Source: Malacoraja senta
Taxonomy: Eukaryota
DNA length: 64,000 nt
Assembly (NCBI GenBank): GCA_038087875.1
Contig: CM075981.1
Coordinates: 30,814,001-30,878,000 of the forward strand
Direction of reading: 5' to 3'
Below, piece by piece: positions 1 through 13,564 of this stretch (position 1 is its first letter; the number at the start of each line of letters is the position of its first letter). Under the pieces are notes generated by a model. The model saw only the letters and a program-made list of their open reading frames with translations. It made no database searches and was not told the origin of the DNA. Both the position numbers and the translations under genes were made by a program.

Positions 1-979
1 TCCCCGTGTTCATGTCGCAAAAAATCATATTTGGGCACCACAGCAATCAACAAATCCACAAACGGCAGAGATTTGCAAAGCTTAATTCCTTCTCCTTATA
101 ACAGGGGGGGTGGATCTCACAGAAAGTGCACTGTATTCTCCAACTTAGAGCTGGATAATCAAGGGAAATCTGAACTCCCACAAGCGTGGGTTAGCTTTAG
201 CTGGAGCCAGCCAATAAGCTGCCTTGTCGCGGTAAAAACAGTTCCTCACCGAATGGACGGCTGATGTAAAACATGAGGAAATTATAGCTGGGATAGAGAT
301 CAGGAGAGAGCATGTCACAATGAAGCAGTCAGAGTGTATAGGAACTGCCCATCTGCTCCCACTGATAATCACACGCCTTTATATCAGCCAGGTGACTGAT
401 TACACCCTCCTGTCAGAAGGCAAACGGACCAAAAACCAACGTGGGTGCAGGCAAGCAGTGTCAGATGGTACTCAGATCATCGATACCACTTTAGTCCCTA
501 TTATCAGGCCTCTAATTAAACCCAGGATATGTTGTGTGGCTGTTGATTTTAAAATTAATCGTATGGCTCTCTGTAGTTAACTGCTCCCATTATATAGTGG
601 ATTTTATAGGATTATATTGGCAGTGAAACATATCGCTCTGCTTGTTGCACTTTGGATCGCAGCTTTAAAGGTTCAAAGGTTTAGCCGAGAAAGCAGGTTT
701 CCATCATTCTAAAGGCACTGTTGCCGTGTCACAGTAACAACACTGTCCGCATTACACAGGAACTTCTAATACTAAAAGTACAAACACTGCACTAAATCAA
801 GTGCATAATAAACCATTGAATAAGCAAGTCACAAGAGATGATTTACTCCTTCAACAAATGCTCATTTAACGACCCAAGTACTGAAGCAGCTTTATGCTTT
901 ATTGTACCGAGAAGGATCTTGAATGATGAGATTTAAAATCCTACGCACATCCACAAGCAAAAAAATAGCACAAGATTAC

Positions 980-1278
980 CGCAGACTTAGACAATGACTG
1001 ATGCATCCTTGCCGCTTTTGAGTATTTACTTCCCTCCTCGAGAGTTCTGGAAAGTTTGCTTATGAATTTAGCGATAAAGGAAAAGCTCGTCCCAAGGCTG
1101 AGGAGAATGTGGTGGTGATTCTTCCAGTGTTCCTGCTGAGCCAGAATTCTTTCAACCCAGCCACTATTGTTTACCTCAGCAATAAAATGTGGGTCAGGCA
1201 TGACTTGGGTCCGCAGTAGTCGTGGACTCGGAATTAGTTGTGCTGGGCCCAGTTTGCCTCTACCCAAACCCACAGTCA
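980..1278 (-). CDS. Candidate internal coding exon of an unidentified host gene (VTVGLGRGKLGPAQLIPSPRLLRTQVMPDPHFIAE...)
   Basis: Non-repetitive, stop-free 299 nt. Acceptor tttAG at 1280-1279 (phase 1). Donor GCG|GTAATC at 979, with an alternative strong internal donor GAG|GTAAAC at 1174. The other two frames hit stops immediately. Confidence 0.5.
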
Positions 1279-1699
1279 CTAAATATGCAGCATAGCCAAA
1301 TAACTACTCTTACAAATGGGAGAACCAAACACCTCTTTCTGAGAAACAATAAACAGCCTTTTATGGGACACAATTAGAATTTTATCAATATTTGCACGTT
1401 CAATATGTCTTAGAGAGATAGAATAATGACTAACAGAAACATCTTAGTTGAAAATAGCAGCTGAACAATGACAGATCTAAAATTGAATACTAAATTTCCT
1501 TTCATCTGTGCTTCAATTTTTAGCTGCATTAAAAAAAAAAAATCATTCTACTTTAGTTTTGCTCTTCATTAAATGTACGCTGTAAAATTCTCCATCTGCT
1601 ACCAGGCAGGGGGAATGTGTTGTAATTTAACCATTTCAGTGACAGCTGTGCTCCAGGTTAATGGCAATACAATTGTGTGCCAGATATAACTCAGACAAA

Positions 1700-2190
1700 C
1701 CCTTTTGCTGCTGAATTTGTAGGTTCCAAGCTCAACACTCACTCCAGAGACTCAAACACAAAAATGTTCAATTGATATTCTCATACTGTGGGAATACTTG
1801 CCTATCATGGGGCCATTCTTCAGGTAAAATAATAAATAAAGGCCCGTTCTGCTTCTTCACGTGAACCTAACGGATCCCATTGCATGATTCTGAAGAGGAT
1901 ATGGGTAGTTACGCCTATTATTCCAAACAAAACTTAGTCATCAATATCTGAAAACAAATTATATAGAGACTTTAAAAAAAAAGACACAAAGTGCTGGAGT
2001 AACTCAGCAGGTCAGGCAGCATCACTGGAGTTCCACCTATCCAGCATCTGCAGTTCCTTCCTATACAGATTAACACAAATTGGTTGACACATTTCCTAAA
2101 TTGCAACAGGCACCACACCACTTTATTGGCTAGAGACTTCTGGGGGTGTCCTGTGGTTTTGAAACGCACTGTGTAAATATAAGCTATTCA
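1700..2190 (+). mobile_element. Ancient SacSINE1/DeuSINE-like element, interrupted by a PLE fragment (about 1975-2065)
   Basis: Degenerate match to the recalled Deu-domain consensus (cactccagagac...aaaggcccgttctgc...ggatcccattgca...gaagagga) and an L2-type tail. Confidence 0.55.
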
Positions 2191-3454
2191 TTCTATATTC
2201 ACTTTAATGGAAGCTGCTAGTTCCGCTGCATCTCTCTACGACTCTATAATTCATAAAAGCTAGCGATTAATCTTTTTTTTGTTTCCTTAGCTAGCATGAA
2301 TTTAAATGCCAATTGTGGTCTCGAGAGATATCAATGACTGCTATTCATCCACACTTTAACAGAATGGAAAAGCCATTCAGCACATCAGACCTGTGTTGGT
2401 TCTTTGAAAGAGCCACTCCTGCTCTAATTAGTACTATTTAGCCCTTTCGCCTGGCCCTGCACATTCCTACTATTTACACATTTGTACGCTTCCCATATGA
2501 AAGTTTGTTGCATTTAATCAAACCCCCCATATTAGGCAGTGCATTTTAGATGACAATTGCTCCCCGTAAATTAGTTTGCTCATGTCACCTCTAGTTCTCT
2601 TGCAAATCACCTTAAATCTGTCTCCTAGATAGACACAAAATGCTGGAGTAACTCAGCGCGGGACAGGCAGCTTATTTCTTTAAAAATATATAATTGCCTG
2701 TAATACTCTAATATTGTACATATTTTGTACTCGTCTATTAATATTTGCAGTTGTAATCACCTCAAGCTGAGCTATACTTGGGGTTGCCATCTGTGATGTA
2801 CAAAGTCATGCCCCTGATATGCACTCCAGTTGTAGTTTTAATGCCCATTTAGAAGCTTTTTCCCAATTGAACATTTATGAACGTTTGCCTGTCTGATTTT
2901 TGTTTCATCAGCTTTAGTACCTCGTACAGCTGCATCCAGGTGACCACGGGACACCTCTTGGTTTGAACTATCTCTCTGGACTTGCTGGGTTAAATCCATA
3001 AGCATGAGCACCTTTCACATTTCTCCCCAAGCTCTTGTGTTGCACAGTTAAGTTAGAGATTTCTGTACTGACTGCAGGGCATTGGAATTGAATAAGGCCC
3101 CACCTCGAACGTGAGGTACTTCAGATGTCCAGAGATCAGCCAGGATGTTAAACGTATGATATTGGTATTGAATTGTATTGTAACATGCAGCGAGATACAG
3201 TGAGAAAGTTGCTTTTGCTATCCTACCATACATGAGTGCATTACTTAGTACAAGAGAGAAGGTAAATTTGTTGCTCATAGTGTGCAAGCTTGAAGGTGGG
3301 GTGGATGCATGGTGCCTTCTTGGATGTTCCTTATTTATTTACAGTGGTTATGCACCAAGAGTTGGTGAGGGTGTTATATTTTAACACACTGAAGCATCAT
3401 CAAGGCATGTCTCTGTCTTCCTGGAAATCTCTTGCTATATTGTCTCTCAGAATA

Positions 3455-3826
3455 TAGATAGACACCAAATGCTGGAGTAACTCAGCAGGACAGGCAGCAT
3501 CTCTGGCGAAAAGGAATAGGTGAAGTTTCGGGTCAAGACCCTTCTTCGGACTGAGAGTCAGGGGAAAGGGAAACGAGAGGTATGGACGGTGATGTAGAGA
3601 GATATAGAACAAATGAATGAAAGATATGCAAAAATGTTATGGTAAAGGGAACAGGTGATTGTTAGCTATGTGCTAATGAGTACAGACAATGGGACTCAAC
3701 AAGAGCTGGTACAACTTGGGTGGGGGAGGGATGGAGAGAGAGAGGGGATGCAAGGGTTACTTGAAGTTAAAGAAGTCCAGCATTTTGTGTCTATCTTTGA
3801 TTTAAACCAGCAGTTCCTTCCTACAC
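3455..3826. mobile_element. Penelope-like element fold-back fragment
   Basis: agatagacac...tgctggagtaactcagc repeat with an inverted partial copy at the right end; flanked by duplicated tctcagaata(t/g)ag. Confidence 0.75.
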
Positions 3827-4184
3827 ATCTCAGAATAGAGTATTTGTTTTGTAAGTCTGATGCCTCTTATTGCCCAGCCTAAAGAGCTGGTTGGGTGTGT
3901 GAATGTGAACGCTATCCTGGCAGAACATGCTGACATTGTTTCCCACAAATGGAATTGGAGGAATTTGTTGAGAATGCATGGTACTTCCACTGCTTTGTGC
4001 TGCATACTGTCAATTGTCCGTGTCCCCAAAATGTGCAGGGGGTGAGGGAGCACTGCAATCCGTGGACCATGAACTTACTGGTGCGTTTTTGAGGTATTGG
4101 TCTTCCAATGCTGTTTCAATCAGTTGTTCTGGCAATTGTTTTAGCCATGGTGAATGTGGTCATCAATGTCTTCCTTTGGGAGAA

Positions 4185-4470
4185 ATGGCTTCTCAGGTGA
4201 GAGGAGTAAAACTTAAAGGAGATGTGCAGGGCAACTTTTTTTTTTACAGAGGGATGGAGGGTGGTCAGTGCCTGGTACACGCTGCCAGGGTTAGTGGTTG
4301 TGGCAGATAGTGGCATTTGATAGGCTTATGGACAGGCATCTGGATATGCAGGAAATGGAGAGATATGGATTGTGGCACAGGTAGATAAGAAAAGGTTTGA
4401 GCATCATGTTTTGTACAGACATTGTGGGCCAAAGGGCCTGTTCTTGTGCCGTACTGTTCAATGTTCTATA
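4185..4470 (+). mobile_element. CR1 (HER1-like) LINE 3' fragment
   Basis: Degenerate RT C-terminus (KLKGDVQGNFF...W..LP) followed by the gggccaaagggcctgt tail shared with the HE1 SINE. Confidence 0.7.
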
Positions 4471-4704
4471 ATATGGAAAGTGATCCACATTTTCCAGGAT
4501 CTTGTATGTTGTAGGCGTGCAGTGATGCAGCCTGGAGTTGTGGGTGTGTTTTGACAAGTTGGTCGAGATCCTCTAGCATCCTCATCTTTAGTTTAAGGTC
4601 CATCTTTTGTCATATGTACTAAAGCCCATATGCTCTCACTATCACCAAAGAAATGTTTTTTCTTAAGTTAGAAGCCCTGCAATATTGTAACCAAATTAAA
4701 CGTT

Positions 4705-5372
4705 ACATTTTGTGTCTATCTTCAGTGTAAACCAGCATGTGCAGTTCGGGACACCCCTGCTTCCTGTGACAGCAGGGCGAGTTATCAAAGGAGTGGGAAG
4801 GAACTACAGATGCTGGTTTATATCGAAGATAGGCACAAAATGCTGGAGTTACACAGCGGGACAGGCAGCATCTCTGGCTAGAAGGAATGGGTCACAAAAT
4901 GCCAGAGTAACTCAGCGGGACAGGCAGCGTATGCTCCATTTGGAAGGTGTGAGGAAATACTTACAGTAAATGGGAGAAAAGGGAGGGAATATTCAATATT
5001 CAATATCCAACAAATCAGAAACAGTCAGGAAGAAAAAATGTTACATTTTCAAATAAAACCACTCAATCTCACATGGCAGATGGAGCTGAACAGAAGCCTT
5101 GGCTTTGGACCAGCAGACTCTTACAACGTCACGTGGTGCCACTGAATTCAGGATTAAAACAATTACATAGTTCTTGCAAAATGCACAGAGAAGCATAAAC
5201 TTTCGCCATCTGCTGGGTCACAAAGTTAAACCGTTGCTATCAAAAGTTCAATGGAGCAAAACCTAAATTGTAAGAATGTGTAGAAAGGAAGTGCAGATGC
5301 TGGTAAAAACCAAAGATAGACACAAGACAAAGTGCTGGAGTAACTCAGCGGGTTAGGCAGCATCTCTGGAAA
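4705..5372. mobile_element. Cluster of PLE terminal-repeat fragments
   Basis: Several copies of gaaggaactgcagatgctgg...gacacaaaatgctggagtaactcagcggg in both orientations. Confidence 0.7.
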
Positions 5373-5764
5373 AGGTATTTTCAGCGATTTTTCATGCTTG
5401 GTTTTGTTTTATTCCAGAGAGGGTGAGAGTTAACATGGAGAGAAAACGTTTGGTTGACTGTATCCAGATTCTTTGGGATGCATCCAAACTGATCAGAGTG
5501 GTTAACCTCTCTGATCCGATTGCAACATCTATTTCTGTCAGTGGGAAAATTCTCGGCTCACGAGTACGGTTTCAGATGAGTTGACAGGATTCAGATGTTG
5601 GGGGCTGGCCAGGCAAGGGTAGATGAGGCAGTGGTCGTATGAAGCAAGGGGAGAGGGCACAGAGGTCGTATGAGGAAAATTAGCAAGAAAAAATACCCAT
5701 ATAATTGTGGCAGATCTGCTGAGGTACCAATTAACGTTCTGCGCATCCAATTTCTATTTATTAT

Positions 5765-6275
5765 GCCCGGCAGAAGACTCCCGGGATGCACCATGCGGCG
5801 GCAGATTCCCGGGATGCGCTGTGGAGACGAACGGCCGGTGGGCCGCCGAGAACAACCTGATGGACGGGCCGCTGAGAACAAAGAGGGGCCCGGCCTGGGG
5901 CCACCGAGAACAGTGGGGCCTGGTGGACGGGCCGCCAAGAGCAAAGTGTGATCCGCCGGGTGGGCTACCCGGCAGATGGGCCGCCGAGAACAGAGGGACC
6001 CAGCAAGGGGCTACAAAGAACAAAGAGGGGCCCAGCGGAGGGTCACCGAGGCCCAAGAGGGACCCCGCTGCGGCCACGTGCGGCGGCAGGGCTGGATCGC
6101 CGCTGCGAGAAGATAAGACCGTACTAAGAAGTTTTGAAACTTTGCTGGTGTAAGAAACTCTTTCTGTACTGCCTGGGTGAAGTCTGCCGTATGATTTTAC
6201 CGGATTGTATGCAAAAACAAAGAATTTAACTGTACCCAGATACATGTGACATTAAAATATCACCATCACCACCAC
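5765..6275 (+). mobile_element. GC-rich ORF-less retroposon with internal tandem units and a Rex1-like 3' tail
   Basis: About 5 degenerate units of gggccgccgagaacaaagaggg; ends actgtacccagatacatgtgacattaaa plus (cac)n. Confidence 0.55.
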
Positions 6276-6286
6276 ATTCATGACTC

Positions 6287-6420
6287 ATAAGGTCATAAGG
6301 AATAGGAGTAGAATTAGGCCATTCAGCCCATCAAGTCTACTCCGCCATTCAATCATGGCTGATCTATCTCTCCCTCCTAACCCCATTCTCCTGCCTTCTT
6401 CCCATAAACTCTGACACCTG
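6287..6420 (-). mobile_element. CR1 3' tail fragment
   Basis: cataaggtcataaggaataggagtagaattaggccattc... is the reverse complement of the CR1 3' end. Confidence 0.7.
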
Positions 6421-6689
6421 GACTCAAAATCTACCAGCAATTCAACCCAACAAGTCAATGTACAGAGCTTGTATTATCCTTATTTTTGGTTGTCTTCACA
6501 GTACTGTTGAACTTGGACCCTGCAATCTTACCCACCTTCAGTCATCTATAGGTTTTGAGAACTTCAGCTGATATCATTGAATCATTGTTATCTTTATCCA
6601 CCTATTCTTTAGATCACATTCTATGTTGGACTGTAACTTTCTGGGACTGTAAATTCTTTTTGTTATCCTAGTGATGGTGCTTCCAGTCC

Positions 6690-7025
6690 CAGAACCTCGC
6701 TTGGGCAGCTTACAGCCCAGTGGTATGACTCTTGATATCTCTAACTTCAAGTAACCGTGCCTCTCCCTCTATCTCCATCTCTCCCCCACCGAAGTCGCAC
6801 CATTTTCACTCAACAGCTAACAATGGCCTGTTTCCTTTATTATCATTACATTTTTGCATATCTTTCATTCATTGTTCTTTATCTCTCTACATCATTGTCT
6901 ATATCTCTTGTTTCCCTTATCCCTAACCAGTCTGAAGAAGGGTCTCAACCCGAAACATCGGCCATTCCTTCTCTCCGGAGATGCTGCCTGTCCACTGAGT
7001 TACTCTGGCTTTCTGTGTCTATCTT
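6690..7025 (+). mobile_element. PLE 3' end (GIY-YIG C-terminal remnant plus terminal repeat with hammerhead motif)
   Basis: RLGSLQPSGM-like remnant, then CTGAAGA-AGGGTCTCAACCC-GAAA at about 6932-6955. Confidence 0.75.
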
Positions 7026-7368
7026 CGAGCTAAATTGTTGATCTCCAGCCTTTCTCATTGAACAAGTTATCTAGTTTAGAATCCCAGAGTGTTTTTTACT
7101 GATGCAAAATTATCATAGATTTCACTGAAAACCCTGCAGACATTCTGAGCTTCCTGTTGAAAGTCATTAGGTTGGCTGTGAGCATTATTTCCAAGATCTA
7201 ATTCCTTTTTTTTCTGTGGCAGTATTTCTATTGCCTTCCTTATTTTGCAGCAATGTTAAGAGACATCACAACGAGGATAAGATGCTGGATGGTAGTTGTT
7301 GCTGTTGTAGTGTGGATCAGGCATCCTTCTAGTCTCTCACTTAGATAGTGATATAATTGCCAGTGTCT

Positions 7369-7672
7369 GGCATAGTGGTGCAGCGGTAGAGTTGCTGCCT
7401 TATAAAGCCAGAGACCCAGGTTCGATCCTGACAATAGGTGCTTGTCTGTGTGGAGTTTGTACATTCTTCCTGTGACCGCTTAAGTTTTCTCTGGGTGCTC
7501 TGGTTTCCTCCCATACTCCAAAGACGTACATGTTTGTCAGTAATTGGTTCAGATAAAATTGTAAATTATCCCTAGTATGTAGGATCGTGCTAGTGCATGG
7601 GGTGATCGCTGGTTGGCACTGACTCGGTGGGCCAAAAGGCCTGTTTCTGCGCTGTATCTCTAAAGTCTAGAG
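7369..7672 (+). mobile_element. HE1-type tRNA-derived V-SINE
   Basis: A box (gtggtgcagcgg), B box (ggttcgatcc), V-domain (ggtttcctcccatactccaaagac) and CR1-like tail. Confidence 0.85.
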
Positions 7673-7714
7673 TTTGGATTGTGACTATTGCCATGAGGCC
7701 TTCTCCAAGAGAAT

Positions 7715-7990
7715 ACAGTTCCCGATGTTGGAGAGGTCCAGAACCTGGGGTCACAGTTTAAGAATAAGGGGTAGGCCATTTAGGACTGAGATGAGGAAAA
7801 ACCTCTTCACCCAGAGAGTTGTGAATCTGTGGAATTCTCTGCCACAGAAGGCAGTGGATGCCAATTCACTGGATATTTTCAAGAGAGTTAGATTTAGATC
7901 TTAGGGCTAAAGGAATCAAGGGATATGAGGAAAAAGCAGGAACGGGGTACTGACTCGAAGGGCCGAATGGCCTACTCCTGCACCTATTTT
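7715..7990 (+). mobile_element. CR1 LINE 3' fragment
   Basis: FPMLERSRTWGHSLRIRGRPFRTEMRKNLFTQRVVNLWNSLP. Confidence 0.85.
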
Positions 7991-7994
7991 TCTT

Positions 7995-9320
7995 TGAAGA
8001 ATGGTCTCGACCCGAAACGTCACCTATTCCTTCTCTCCAGAGATGCTGCCTGTCCCGCTGAGTTACTCCAGCATTTTGCATCTGGTTTCTATGTTTCTAT
8101 TTTCAAGGTATTGGTTTAGGTAATACCTAATCAAGACTGTGTGGTCAGAAAGGTGAATTTTGAGAAGAATCTTAAAGGGAGCAGATTTTGAAGAGACTTT
8201 CACAACTTGGGGCTGAAGGAGGGGTTAAAACAACCCTTGGTTGCTACATAACCAGCAAGTACTAAGTAAATAGAATCTCTGAACAGTGGCAATGCTCAAT
8301 AAGAGGAAAGACCATAATTGTTATTTGTCTCGAACAGAAACATCACTTATTCCTTTTCTCCAGAGATGCTGCCTGACCCACTGAGTTACTCTGGCACTTT
8401 GTGTCTATCTTCAATGTAAACCAGCATCTACAGTTCCCTCCTACATTGTTAGTAATGCCTAGGTTCTGACATCACTACAATATGGAGCAGTTAATATTAT
8501 GAACTTGGTCCTCAGGTTTTTAGTTTAATTAATAGCGTTCAAGTGGCAATCAGACATAATTGATGAATAGTTCTCAATATAGCTTAACGGTGCAAACCAA
8601 TAGGAGTAGATATCCTAATGCTAATGATCAAGTGCCTTAAATTATTTGTATTGGCATTTACAGACTTGCTTTCACCATCACAAAAATATGGATAGGTCAG
8701 AACAGCTCAGAGGTTTTCTTCCTCCACATTGAGAGTCCAGGATGAATTCTATGGATGTGTTTTTTTTTTCCCAGACTATATGAGATGAATAGAGAAATTG
8801 CTGAGGGTTTAACAGTCTGGAGATTAAAGAGAAAATGAAAAGCTTCTCTTCAAATGAGTGAATTTCAGTAGATGAAGCTTAAAGCTCAACTGGTATGACA
8901 TTTCCATCCTTCTCCACCACATGTGTAGGAAGGAACTGCTGGTTGAAATCGAAGATAGACACAATCGACAGGCAGCATCTCTGGAGAGAAGGAATGGTCT
9001 CGACCCGAAACGTCACCCATTCCTTCTCTCCAGAGATGCAGCCTGTCCCGCTGAGTTACTCCAGCATTTTGTGTCTATCTTCTCCACCACATGCTCAGTT
9101 ACACACATCTTCTAGTTTCATACCATGTGACTGGAAGTCAGCACTTGAATGGCAAAAAATAGATTGTCGAAACAAGGAACTGAAGATGCTGGTTTACAAG
9201 AAAAGACTCAAAGTGCTGGAGTAACTCGGCAGGTCAGGCAGCATCCCTGGAGAACGTGGATAGGTGACGTTTTGGGTCGGGACTCGTCTTCGGAATCCGT
9301 TTCTGGTTGGGACACTTCTT
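7995..9320. mobile_element. Cluster of PLE terminal-repeat fragments (7995-8080, 8335-8445, 8922-9078, 9168-9320)
   Basis: Same PLE repeat. The 8922-9078 copy is a fold-back flanked by duplicated cttctccaccacatg. Confidence 0.7.
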
Positions 9321-9404
9321 CAGGCACCCGTCTTCAAAAATAGATTGTTCACTCAAGAATGATTCAATATAGAAATCACATCAACTGGTCTACATCATGA
9401 AGAG

Positions 9405-10610
9405 ACCATAGAGCATAGAAACAGGCCCTTACGGCCCATCTCGTGATATCTGTCTTAGTTAATCCCATTTGCCCGCATTAGGATTGTATCCCTCTACTTC
9501 ATTCTTATCGAAGTACCTGGCCTGATTTAAATGTTGTGATAGTAACTGATGCCACGACCTCCTCTGGCAGTTTGTGCCAAATATTCATCACTTGCTGCGT
9601 AAAAAAACGTACCCCTCAAATCTCCTTTAAATTTCTCTTCTCTCAACTTAAACCTGTGCCCTCTAGTTCCTTATCCTGGGAAAAGGATTCCCTGTCTGTG
9701 CCTCATCATTTTGCAATCCTCTATAACAACACCTGCTCACCAGTTGAGATTAAACCCATCTTATTCAATCTATCCTTATAACAATCCAGACAATATCCTG
9801 GTGGGTCTATATTCTGTTATATGCTAGCACATACTCCCTGTAGTGTGGGGATCAGAACTGTACATGTAATCTTCCTTTCTCCTATGCAAGAAAGGAATGG
9901 AGTGCAATAAAGATTCAATAAAAGGACAAAAAGGATGGGTAACATTTCAGGTCAGGATCCTTCTTCAGAGCGTTTGATCAGGAGTGGCATCAAAACTCAA
10001 AAAACAAAGAGAGAGGCTCAGGGATAAACTCTACATATCTAGACAAAAGGAATTACGCCAGGGCTGTTGGAGATCAGCTCCAGTTGAGAAACCGAAGACG
10101 TTTCTCAAGGTCCACTTCCAATTTGAGTCATACAGTTTGGAAACAGGACCTTCAGCCCCTCTTGCCCACCCTGGCCAAAACATATCCCATCTACATTAGT
10201 CCCACCTGCCTGCGTTTGCCTATATCCCTCTAAACCTGTCCTATCCATGTATTTGTCCAAACATTTCTGAAACATTGTGATACTACCTGCCTTAATTACC
10301 TCCTCTGGCAGCTCGCTCCATATACCCACTACCTTCTGTGCGAAAATGTTATCCTTCAGGTTCCTATTAAATCTCCCCCCTTCCCCCCCCCCCCCCCCCC
10401 CCCCCACCACCTTAAACTTATGTCTTTGATTCTCAATTCCACTACTCTGGGCAAGCGACTCTGTGCGTCTACCCAATCTATTCCTCTCATGATTGTGTAC
10501 ACCTATATAAGATCACCCCTCATCCTCCTGCGCTCCAAGGAATAGAGTCCCAGCCTGCTTCCCTATAGCTCAGGCCCTCGAGTCCTGGTAACGTCCTCTT
10601 AAATCTTGTG
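9405..10610 (-). mobile_element. Two CR1 3' fragments (about 9405-9870 and 10125-10610)
   Basis: NIFAQKVVGIWSELPEEVIKAGSITMFQKCLDKYM is a CR1 RT C-terminus. Confidence 0.8.
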
Positions 10611-12214
10611 CAAAATATTGCTGGTACAAACAGTACTGCAACATCCAATGAATGTTCACGAAGATCAGCACACCTTATAAACCATGTAGCAATATGTTTA
10701 GAAATGAATGGAAGGAATAAAGAGCAACATTATCAGGAAGTCGTTTTAGATGTATGTAATTATTCTCCCAGTAAGTAGCTGCAAACACTGCAAAATTGAA
10801 AGCAATGCAAAGCGATTTATTTCTCAATTTGGAATCCTGGAAAAAATACCAGAAGACTATTTGTAAAGCTAAGGGGAAAACAGATTGACAATAAATGTTA
10901 TGTGGTTGATACATATTGCTGTTGTGCTATTTAGCAATCTATAAATTAGATGAGGCAACTAAACCTGAGTCTGTTGACTGAGGACATAAAGCACAGTGCA
11001 CAAGAGTATAACTGGTAAAGAATAAATAACCACAACAGTCAGTCAATAAACAGGTGCAGTCTTGTAACAGAGAGAATGCTCCATTTAAAGGCTTCCACCA
11101 ATCTTTAAGAGTTAAAATCTGCTTGCTAGCATAAGATGTTGAAGTCGCATGAGTGTTGCAAATTTTGTGTCAGATAATCATGGTTATTTAGTAAAATGTC
11201 GATCACTTTTTCTTTTATTCTCAGTGTTTTCTCTCCAATAATCTAGCAGAGGGCGCAGAACAAGTTGTGGTTTGTTTAACAACCTAAATTCACTGAACAA
11301 GCCAGGACAATACTTAAGACTTGAGACCTTTAAGCTGAAAATCGAACTGCAGATGCTGAAAGCGTGAGCAAAACACAAAGTGCTGGAGTAACTTAGTGGT
11401 CAGGCACCATCTCTGAAGGACACAGATAGACGTGTTTTGGGTTGGGACCCTTATTCTGAAGAGATTAGACACCCTCCCGTGTTCTCTGCACCTCACCAGG
11501 AGCTGTCGATGATACAAATATCTCCGCCAGGGGTCGGCAGTTCCTTCCCTCGTTTCACACGTCCTGCACTGTCGTTGTTTAACGGTTACCACAGTTCACC
11601 ATATTGATTCCCTCGTGAGATCACACCTTCCCTGGCCAACAATGGGCCTATCAGGGCACCTCCCTGCCTGAGGTCATTTGTGGCTGCCCCTCTGAATGCT
11701 CCTGGTCTTTTCTCACCCCCCCCCCCCACTGTCAGTCTTGACACAAAACATCACCTATCCTTTTCTTCACTCTTTTATAAATGTGGTTATTAATTCCGTG
11801 AATTACAACTTTGCTCACCAACATTTCACCCGTGACTTTCTCAAATGCCCCGACATTGTACAGCACAAAATCTTCTTTGAAGTTCTGACACTGTTTGGCA
11901 TTTAACAAGATACAAACATTAGACAACAGCTGAAGCCGCCTGACGCCTGCAGACTCGAGCTGTGAATAGTTTCTAAACCATGACTAATATTTAAGAACAG
12001 CTTTGAAAACATCCAAGGGGTTTCTAGCCATCAATACACAGGAATATAACTAGTAAAATAGATGAACTCAAAATTAATACAGGGTCCACGATACTGTTGC
12101 ACCAATGACAGATGGTAGGATGGCCAAGACTGGCAACTCAATGTCACAGGTACAGAGTTATCAGACTAGACAGATGGGGGAGTAAAAGGGGAGGAGGTAT
12201 TGCACTATTAATCT

Positions 12215-12352
12215 TGTGTGTGCCTGTGTCTGAATATATATGTTTCTATGTCTCTACATGTGTGTGTATATTCATATATGTGTGTGTGTGTGTGTATGTG
12301 TGTGTTTATTTTTTTTTAAATATATATATATATATACATACACACACACACT
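12215..12352. repeat. (TG)n/(TA)n/(CA)n microsatellite
   Basis: Directly visible dinucleotide runs. Confidence 0.9.
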
Positions 12353-12475
12353 GATCTTTTTGTTCTCGTTTATTATATTGTTTACAGTGTACCATGTTTA
12401 GATATTCTGTTGTGCTGCTGTAAGTAAGAATTGTATTGTTCTATCTGGAACATATGACAATACAACACTCTTGAC

Positions 12476-12777
12476 TAGATTTTAGAGCTACAGCACGGAA
12501 ACGTGCCCTTTGGCCCACCGGGTCTGCGCCAACCAGCAATCACCCCAGTACACTAACATTATTCTACACAATTGGGACAATATACAATTTTTACCAAAGC
12601 CAATTAACCTGCAAACCTGTACATCTCTGGAATGTGGGAGGAAACTGGAGCACTGGGCGGATACCCACATGGTCACAGTGAGAATATACCAACTCCATAC
12701 AATCAGCACCCAGTATAGTCAGGATTGAACCCGGGTCTCTGGTGCTGTAAAGCAACAACTCTTTCGCTGCGCCACTA
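12476..12777 (-). mobile_element. HE1-type V-SINE
   Basis: Reverse complement of the SINE consensus seen elsewhere in the window. Confidence 0.85.
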
Positions 12778-12859
12778 TGTCAAAGTTTGCATTACTTTAT
12801 TGAACGCCGATATCCGATATCCTAGAAGGCTCTTCAAAAGAGGCCACATAGGTAGGGAT

Positions 12860-13562
12860 TAAAAACAGAGGGTGTCATCACTTCACTGAGCGAAGACTTC
12901 AGACCACCCAGCAGTCAACGGGAGTTCGAGGAACAGATACGTGGATAGACATCAGAGAGGTGCAATAAAGGTAAAGCTAATGTACTGGGGGATTTCAATG
13001 TCCCCAATATTAACTAGGGACTGCCTTAGTGTTGAAGGTTCGGCAGGGGTGGAATTTTTGAGGAGTGTCTAGGACAACGTTTTGACACAATATGGAAGCT
13101 GGAGAGTTCAGGGAAGAGAACAGTGATTATGAAACAGGAGGCGTTGGTGGATTTAAGGCACATGAAGGTGGTTAAATCTTTGGGGCTTAACCACGTGTAT
13201 CGTAGATGTTGGGGAGAAGCAAGGGAGGAGATTGCCTGGATAGAGTAAATGTGCAGAGGATGTTTCCACTAGTGGCAGAGTCCAGGACCAGAGGTCATAG
13301 CCTCAGAATAAAAGGATGTACCTTTAGAAATGAGATGAGGAGGAATTAGTCTGATGGCGGTGGAATTCATGGCCACAGACGTCTGTAGAGGCTGTCAATT
13401 GATTTTTTTAAGGCAGAGATTGATAGATTCTTGATTCGTAAGGGTGTCAGGGATTATGGGGAAAATGCAGGATAATGGGGTTGAAATGGAAAGATAGATT
13501 AGCTATGATTGAATGGTGTAGACTTGAAGGGCCGAATGGCCTAATTCTGCTCCTAGAGCTTA
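12860..13562 (+). mobile_element. Internally deleted CR1 LINE (endonuclease remnant plus 3' end)
   Basis: VLGDFNVPNIN endonuclease motif at about 12980; RT C-terminus and tail at 13240-13560. Confidence 0.7.
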
Positions 13563-13564
13563 TG

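Noticed and set aside
145-580. Short ORFs at the window start as exons
   Set aside because: No convincing acceptor-donor pair or coding-like codon pattern.
7369-7440. tRNA genes
   Set aside because: The A/B boxes belong to SINE heads followed by a V-domain and LINE tail; no complete cloverleaf.
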